NCBI GenBank assembly: GCA_965208835.1
Contig: OZ242358.1
Location: forward strand, 3,648,001-3,712,000
DNA length: 64,000 nt
Source: Candidatus Latescibacterota bacterium
Lineage (GTDB): Bacteria; Latescibacterota; UBA2968; GCA-2709665
Direction of reading: 5' to 3'
The translations under genes and the position numbers were made by a program. Under the pieces are notes generated by a model that worked only from the letters and a program-made list of their open reading frames with translations, had not been told where the DNA came from and searched no databases. This document shows, piece after piece, positions 57,900-64,000 of the stretch. Every line of letters begins with the position of its first letter. The first letter of the stretch is position 1.

Positions 57900-60800
57900 A
57901 ACGACGATTCTGACGCGATCGCCGACGGCCGTGGAATACACTTCGAATGGTTCGCCGATAACCTTCGAAAAATCAAACGTTTCCTCGACGAAGAATGTCG
58001 TGCGACGTCGAACTCTTCGAATCGTGAATACGCGGTCCCCGATCCGCAGCCGGCATCCCGGATATGCACCTTCTTTCGGGTGATCGACGTCGCTGTCGAA
58101 CCTGGATCGCCTTCCGGATGTCACCGCACCCCTGCCCCTGACGAATCTGGGCATATCCGCGAGGAATACGCGGCTGCCTCTGCCCTCACGCTCGATTCGA
58201 TTCACGAGGTACACCGTTTCGAGTCCTGACGGATGCCGGGCGTAGACGACTTTGCCGTTCAGCGATCCGTCGTCCGGCAACGCGACGTCCAGCACGAGTT
58301 CGCTGCGCCCCGGTTCACCCGATATGTCTCCCGCCAACTCCGTTACCGTCCCCACGTAGTCGCGAATCCGCTGAACCGCCGCGTCGCCCACCCGGAATGA
58401 CGATCCGTCGATCACGTCGAGGTCGGCGTCCGCGGAGGACTCGCTCAACACGGCGGCCCGTCCCCTGAGGTCGAGGCGTCTTCCGTCGGGGAGGGTTGCG
58501 GCCAGCCCCTCTCCCTCGGGATCTATTGCAATTGTCCGATTCCTGCCGGTTTCATCCACTTGCAGCACCACACCGGAACCGTCCCGCGCGACGATTTTTG
58601 CATCTTTGACGAACCCCTCTCCGGTATGCGCTTCGATGACCGACACGAACATGCTTGAATCGTCCTTATGGCGCAAACACACCGTACGAAGCCAGTAATC
58701 GTCCAGCTTGCCGTCATCCTCCTGCGTCCGGCGGATGGACGGCGCGTCGCTGACCAGCAATCTGCCCGCCTGGACGCCGACGAACCTGACATCAACGAAT
58801 GTGCCCTCGCCTTCGAACCGGACCTTGAAGTCTTCGGATACGTCCTTTCCCCGCGTACGATGAAAATATCCGTATAGCGCGCCGCGGGTCCCGTCTCCGC
58901 TCAATATCATCTCGCCTTCGGCCGGGCTCAGGTCAGGCGCCGCCGAAATCACCTGATCGAAATCAGCCGATCCGTGCAACAGGTAGTCGTGTACGTCCCC
59001 GCCCTTCACCTCGAACAGGTCCACGACGTAACCGCTCTCGGGCCCCGTTGGAACCAGCATCATCGTCCGGCGATACACGGACGTATTCTCAAATGCCCCG
59101 GGTGCTTCCGCACAGACCAGTCCCGCCCGCGTGCGGGAAGCAGGGCGATAGCAGCGCAGCCGCCCGCTGTCTGTCGTCTGCTCCTGCCCGTCGACGACCA
59201 CGGTATTGTGGCTGCCGACCTGCGTTGCCCACGCCCGGTAACGCGTATGGGTATATCCGATGTCCGATAGCAATTCCTTTCCGAACACATCCAGGCCCAT
59301 CGCCAGAGAATCGTAGTGGTGATGCCCGCCCCAGTATCCGTAACACAACGTCGCACGAATGGCCCTTGCGGATCTCCCCACGCCCAGGATGACATCGCCC
59401 GCCCCCGGCAGGAGATAGTTCGAAGGTACCAGCGCCAGCAGGTCCTTCTCCGTGACACGCCTGTCCGCTTCCGAAGTCCTTCGAAACAGCGCGTATTCGA
59501 CGTCGGCGACGGGAATCCGGGAGGTGCCTGCGATTTCATCCGCCGCCTCCACGAATTTGCCCATTGATGCAATCCGGCTCGAAACACGCGCGAAACCTGT
59601 GCTGATCCCCCACGTATCGTTGGCCATGAACGTGCGTCCGTCCGGCATGAAAAGTCCCATCGGCGCCGTAAAGATCCGCTGCAGAAACGGCATCTCTCCG
59701 TAGACGTCGATTCCGCCGGGCCCACTGATGACGTCAGGCACGCGCAGCGTTCCGCTGGTGATCATATTGAAATAATTCACCGTATCCTCATGCCAGTACC
59801 CGTCGTAATTGTAACAGTTATCGATCAACGTCCGATACAGCCCGTACGCTTCCGCCACGAAATGCGGCTCGTCCAGGACCCGCCCGACGAGGGCCAGCCC
59901 GTTGATCCTCCCACCGTCGTAATTCGTGGAACCATGGGGGACCTCCAGTGTGTGCCGAATCGCCTCGTACAGCAGGTCCCGTTCGATTGCCGCGCGCACG
60001 TCCCGGCCCTCGGCCACGGAGAGCTTCTCGATCGCGCCGCTGTCGGAAATCAGGTCGTAGACCTGGGCGAGCCGGAACGCATTGTTTGCATCCGAAAATG
60101 GGCTGGCATGGAAATTACCCATGCGGGCAGACACAAACGGGAATGGCGGGTCCTTGTAGAAGTGGTTTTCGTAAAATCCCTTTCGGTCGGCGTGAAGATA
60201 CGCCCGGCCCAAGCCGTGCACGGGGTAGTTCTTGTAGACTTGTGACAGCCGATCCAGAATTACCGCGGCTTTTTCCGCATACGTTGCCTCTCCCGTCAGG
60301 ACGTAGGCCATCGCCAGCGGATCCGCCATTCGGACCACATGGTACTGCGTATAGTTCAGCAGCATATTTTCGAAATAATACCGCATCCCCTCGTCATCCT
60401 CCCAATACCGGTATATGACCGTCCCGCCCGCGGGGCCGACCACTTCGATCTCTCCCACCGGCTGATGTTCCGGTCCCGGGAACACACTCCCACAGATTTT
60501 GCACCTGACGTGGCCGGGATCCTCAGGCGACCACTCCCAGAAATGGATCCGCCAACTTCGCTTGCGGCGGTCCACCGGACAGCGGGGAAGCGGAAAGTTG
60601 ACCTGCCCGGAGATACCCGCCCGTATCGCCTCGTCCGGCATCTCCAGAATTCCCCGGCGGGCGATCCACCGCAACCGGCCGTCCCGGAACCGCTTCGCCC
60701 AGTCGTGGGTCTCCACCCGCCGCCGGGCACGCTCGATCTGATCCGGGGTGTAGAATAGCGGGTGCGCCACGCCTCTGGGAAACGGCCGTTCGCCTTCCCA

Positions 60801-60944
60801 GTACCGTTTTTCTCTCGAGCAGTCGATTCGTTCGATTCCCATATCGCGCCCCCAAAAAGATGAATCGCATCCCGCCGCAAGAACCACCGTCCCCATCCCG
60901 GCGTCTCGCAAAAATTCCCGTCTCGTGAGATCCTTCTCGGACAT
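57897..60944 (-). CDS. Heparinase II/III-like polysaccharide lyase, Tat-exported lipoprotein
   Basis: TRREFL twin-arginine motif + LAAGC lipobox; DGYWHE...Y, GHHHYD, DIGY and SHNTVVVDG motifs. Confidence 0.8.
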   Translation of the reverse strand: MSEKDLTRREFLRDAGMGTVVLAAGCDSSFWGRDMGIERIDCSREKRYWEGERPFPRGVAHPLFYTPDQIERARRRVETHDWAKRFRDGRLRWIARRGILEMPDEAIRAGISGQVNFPLPRCPVDRRKRSWRIHFWEWSPEDPGHVRCKICGSVFPGPEHQPVGEIEVVGPAGGTVIYRYWEDDEGMRYYFENMLLNYTQYHVVRMADPLAMAYVLTGEATYAEKAAVILDRLSQVYKNYPVHGLGRAYLHADRKGFYENHFYKDPPFPFVSARMGNFHASPFSDANNAFRLAQVYDLISDSGAIEKLSVAEGRDVRAAIERDLLYEAIRHTLEVPHGSTNYDGGRINGLALVGRVLDEPHFVAEAYGLYRTLIDNCYNYDGYWHEDTVNYFNMITSGTLRVPDVISGPGGIDVYGEMPFLQRIFTAPMGLFMPDGRTFMANDTWGISTGFARVSSRIASMGKFVEAADEIAGTSRIPVADVEYALFRRTSEADRRVTEKDLLALVPSNYLLPGAGDVILGVGRSARAIRATLCYGYWGGHHHYDSLAMGLDVFGKELLSDIGYTHTRYRAWATQVGSHNTVVVDGQEQTTDSGRLRCYRPASRTRAGLVCAEAPGAFENTSVYRRTMMLVPTGPESGYVVDLFEVKGGDVHDYLLHGSADFDQVISAAPDLSPAEGEMILSGDGTRGALYGYFHRTRGKDVSEDFKVRFEGEGTFVDVRFVGVQAGRLLVSDAPSIRRTQEDDGKLDDYWLRTVCLRHKDDSSMFVSVIEAHTGEGFVKDAKIVARDGSGVVLQVDETGRNRTIAIDPEGEGLAATLPDGRRLDLRGRAAVLSESSADADLDVIDGSSFRVGDAAVQRIRDYVGTVTELAGDISGEPGRSELVLDVALPDDGSLNGKVVYARHPSGLETVYLVNRIEREGRGSRVFLADMPRFVRGRGAVTSGRRSRFDSDVDHPKEGAYPGCRLRIGDRVFTIRRVRRRTTFFVEETFDFSKVIGEPFEVYSTAVGDRVRIVV

Positions 60945-61455
60945 TCCAGGCACTCCACGTATCGCGCGGAAGGGTTCGCCTTAATTCCGAAAAAACGGCA
61001 TTGCGGCACCGCGAATTAACGCTCCCAAACAGGCAGGAATGATCGTAAGGGAGGACATTTTTTCCGTTCACGTCCGGTGACCTGGTGTATCCTGGTAATC
61101 CGCAGTCTAATCGCCTTTATTAACTCGCACATAATCGAATTAACGTCCCCGAAAAATTGATGAATCAAGGTTAGATCCCGTCCCACAAGCTCCAACCGCA
61201 CGCACGCCCAGGGTCACGCATCCGACTTCAAGCCGTCGCGATTGGCACCGGATTGCGAAATATACGGCGACCGCAAATCGAAGTCCAGACACACCTTTGA
61301 CGCGAATTCCATCACGTCGGAAATTGCGACAAGGACGGCTCTAAGATGCCATAAAGCAGGAACCACGCCCGCCTCAAGTCGATTTGCTGACGACGAATTT
61401 TCGCGACGTTTACGCCCGAAGTTTTCTGCGAATTTAAAAAAAACGTGATTTCCCC

Positions 61456-61500
61456 TTGACATTTCCTAATTAATTCGTCATGTTACTAATAATTTAGTAA
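61456..61500 (+). promoter_or_regulatory. Promoter with BlaI-type palindromic operator
   Basis: TTGACA at 61456; perfect TTACTAA-N4-TTAGTAA at 61483-61500; degenerate copy TTCCTAA-N4-TTCGTCA at 61463-61480. Confidence 0.65.
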
Positions 61501-61630
61501 TCTACATCGTGGAGTTCACTGGAAAGTACGTTGAAGCTCCTTCGACTGGGGCATTTCCGGGTGGCCACGGAAGTGAATCCATCGCGTCGCTTGAGACTCG
61601 GTAGTCAAGCAGGGACAAAAGGAGATTGAA

Positions 61631-62029
61631 ATGGCGAAGAAAAGACGACTGGCCGAAGTGGAGTGGGAGGTGATGGACGGCGTCTGGAGATTCGACCGCC
61701 AGGTCACCGTTCGCGACGTTGTGAATCACCTCTATCCCAACGGCGAAAAGGCATATACGACCGTACAGACGATTATGAACATCCTGGCCGAAAAGGGCGT
61801 GCTGGATCGCGAAAAGATCGGGCCGGTCAACGTGTACAGGCCAGCCGTCACGAGAGGGGACGTCGCCCGGGCGGAGACCCGAACTTTGGTATCGCGCATG
61901 TTCGAGGGCTCCTTTGGCGCCCTGGCGACCTATCTCGTGGATTCGGGCGAACTATCGCGGAAAGAGCTGGATGAATTGCGCGCATTGATCGAGGAAAGGG
62001 AGAAAGCGAAGGAAGGAGGCCCGACGTGA
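61631..62029 (+). CDS. BlaI/MecI/CopY family transcriptional repressor
   Basis: EWEVMDGVW, AYTTVQTIMNILAEKG and FEGSFGAL motifs. Confidence 0.92.
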   Translation: MAKKRRLAEVEWEVMDGVWRFDRQVTVRDVVNHLYPNGEKAYTTVQTIMNILAEKGVLDREKIGPVNVYRPAVTRGDVARAETRTLVSRMFEGSFGALATYLVDSGELSRKELDELRALIEEREKAKEGGPT

Positions 62030-64000
62030 ACACATTGATCCATCTGGCCGAAACATGGTGGCCGCTCTACGCGGTACACATGGTTGAAGTCTCGCTTTTC
62101 ATTTTGCTGGTATGGGCCGTGGACCGGTGGCTGACACTGGAAACGCGGTTGCGATACGCGCTCTATCTGCTGGCGCTGGCGAAGGTGTTTGTACCGCCGG
62201 TTCTGGCTATTCCAATACCCGCATTTCTCGTTTCTCCAGCAACAGTCGCATTGGATGAACCCGTGTATTCCGGAGTGGTATCCGGGGCTGTCTCAGTCTC
62301 TCCCGAACCAGTAACTACCTTTCCACCGGCGTTCTATCTGTTCTGTCTGTGGACACTCTCAGTCCTTGTCTGGACTGGTGTGGCACTGTGGAGGAACGCG
62401 GCCTTCCGCCGCACGCTGAAACCGGCAGTCCCGGTGGACCTGGCAATCGAAGTTCCTTCACTGATTGCGCCACGCAACCTGAAGGTCTTTTCCAAAACCG
62501 ACCTGCCTTCTCCCATCCTGGTGGGCTTGTTAAGACCGCGGCTGTTCTTGCCCACGAAGTGGTCTTCCTGGACGCCCGAAGAGCTGCGAGGCGTCGTAAG
62601 GCACGAACTGGCGCATTTTGAAAAACGCGACATTCACGTCCTCATTCTGCAAGCCATCGCAACGGCTCTCTTCGGCGTAAACCCGCTGGTCTGGCTGTTG
62701 AACCGCCGCCTGATGTTACTCCGGGAACTGCGCTGCGACGAAGCGGTCCTGCGCGAAACGAACCTGACACCCGCCGAATACGGACGTCTGCTTCTGGGTT
62801 TGGTCGACAGGAGATCTGCACCCCGCGCCCTGACTGTATTCTTCACCGATCGGGGAACGTCGCTGAAGAAACGCCTCGAGTACGTCCTCGGCTTCAAGGA
62901 AGGGCGAATCAAACAGTCGAAACGGCAGGTGGCTGCGCTCGTTCTCGTCGGCCTGATGATTGTGCCGCTTTCAATTCGAGAGGCATATACGCAGATGGAC
63001 AGTGAACCTCAGTCGTCAATTTCCGCCGTACACGGCAAGACCGCCGATCCTGAAAAACACCAGACCGCCGAGTCTTCACGTGGTGTCGTTGACAGTACCG
63101 AGGTTGTTTCCGTCGTCTACGACATAGAGGAGGTCGACGAAAAGCCCCATCTGGTGCAAATCTTCGCGCCAGATTATCCTGAAGATGCGCTACATAGTAA
63201 AATAGATGGTGTCGTGATGTTGAAATTCATCGTCAATGTCGACGGATCGGTGAGCGACGTAACCGTATTGAAGGGGCCGGAGATATTTCATAAAGCCGCA
63301 ACAGAAGCGGCATTACAGTGGCGTTTCAGACCGGCTAAGCATCGTGGCAAGGTCGTTCCTGCGTGGTGCACGACGCCAATGAGCTTTTCCCGCAAACCTG
63401 AGGAAAAAGCCCGGTCAATCGATCCTGTATACGCAAAGCTTGAGAAAGGCTTAGAATTTGGAGCGATCGATCCTGTAAACGCAAAACTTAAGAAAGGCTT
63501 TGAATTTGGAGCAGTGGTGGATGTGAAGCCGATCATCATACAATTCGTTCCGCCAGTTTACCCGGATGTTGCACAAAAGGCAGCGCCTGAGGTCAACGTG
63601 TTCTTGAAGTTCAGGGTAAACGTGGATGGATTGGTAAGCGACGTGCGAGTCCTCGGGGTCAGGGTAAATGGACTTATACGTGAAGGTTGGCAAACGGACG
63701 ATACGTTTCGTCGACCGGCCATAGACGCCATATCCAAATACAGGTTTATTCCTGCCCGGCATGAAGGTAAGGCTGTACCCGTATGGATGATGCACCAGAT
63801 CAGTTTTAAACTGCCCGAACATGGGGCCGCGCAATCCATCGAAAAGAGCGATCCTGGTGGTGAAAGGGTCTACGAGTTTTGGGACGTCGACGTGAAACCT
63901 GTCGTCATGCATGCTGTTGCGTCAGCTTATCCCGACCAAGCATTAAAGGCGGGCTTGTCGGGAAACGTGTTCTTGAAGTTCAAAGTCAACGTGGACGGCT
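62026..64000 (+). CDS. BlaR1-type M56 metallopeptidase fused to at least three TonB C-terminal domains (runs off window end)
   Basis: Manual translation from GTG 62026, which overlaps the blaI stop: TM helices, RHELAH, RELRCDE, then YPEDA..GVVMLKFIVNVDG, YPDVA..FLKFRVNVDG and YPDQALKAGLSGNVFLKFKVNVDG. Confidence 0.88.
   Translation, partial: MNTLIHLAETWWPLYAVHMVEVSLFILLVWAVDRWLTLETRLRYALYLLALAKVFVPPVLAIPIPAFLVSPATVALDEPVYSGVVSGAVSVSPEPVTTFPPAFYLFCLWTLSVLVWTGVALWRNAAFRRTLKPAVPVDLAIEVPSLIAPRNLKVFSKTDLPSPILVGLLRPRLFLPTKWSSWTPEELRGVVRHELAHFEKRDIHVLILQAIATALFGVNPLVWLLNRRLMLLRELRCDEAVLRETNLTPAEYGRLLLGLVDRRSAPRALTVFFTDRGTSLKKRLEYVLGFKEGRIKQSKRQVAALVLVGLMIVPLSIREAYTQMDSEPQSSISAVHGKTADPEKHQTAESSRGVVDSTEVVSVVYDIEEVDEKPHLVQIFAPDYPEDALHSKIDGVVMLKFIVNVDGSVSDVTVLKGPEIFHKAATEAALQWRFRPAKHRGKVVPAWCTTPMSFSRKPEEKARSIDPVYAKLEKGLEFGAIDPVNAKLKKGFEFGAVVDVKPIIIQFVPPVYPDVAQKAAPEVNVFLKFRVNVDGLVSDVRVLGVRVNGLIREGWQTDDTFRRPAIDAISKYRFIPARHEGKAVPVWMMHQISFKLPEHGAAQSIEKSDPGGERVYEFWDVDVKPVVMHAVASAYPDQALKAGLSGNVFLKFKVNVDG
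63418..63513 (+). repeat. 48-bp in-frame tandem duplication in a TonB_C linker
   Basis: IDPVYAKLEKGLEFGA followed by IDPVNAKLKKGFEFGA. Confidence 0.8.

Noticed and set aside
61000-61450. Recurrent GAATTAAC motif (61013, 61137, also 10757) and small ORFs in this intergenic region
   Set aside because: Too short and not palindromic; the ORFs lack an RBS or motifs; cannot be distinguished from chance.

Overview
A GC-rich (about 60%, estimated by eye) bacterial chromosomal window with about 49 CDS and no rRNA, tRNA, CRISPR or transposase that I can recognise. The gene content (GWxTD-TPR protein, Omp85/PD40/peptidase-MA fusion, sulfatase, heparinase II/III-like protein, PhyH-family expansion, M56-TonB fusion) suggests an uncultured diderm such as Latescibacterota or Gemmatimonadota; this is inference only. 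Recognisable housekeeping genes are a short archaeal-type purA, ilvB, thiC with a TPP riboswitch, and amt. Highlights read from the sequence: (1) a 7-gene cluster with three PhyH-fold Fe/2OG enzymes that all carry HxA/HxG instead of HxD, a halogenase-like signature, plus an aminotransferase, dehydrogenase, methyltransferase and RraA/aldolase; (2) a circularly permuted ATP-grasp/alpha-E/transglutaminase operon with an ammonium transporter embedded in it; (3) an unnamed N-terminal module of about 115 aa shared by three dispersed lipoproteins with different C-terminal cargo; (4) a complete leader-peptide attenuator before ilvB; (5) an ECF sigma/anti-sigma locus with three Spy/CpxP-like genes and a twice-repeated ECF promoter; (6) a four-copy TA-targeting MITE family. 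Many start codons were moved from the ORF track to the RBS-supported codon. All product calls are motif-based; no database search was run.
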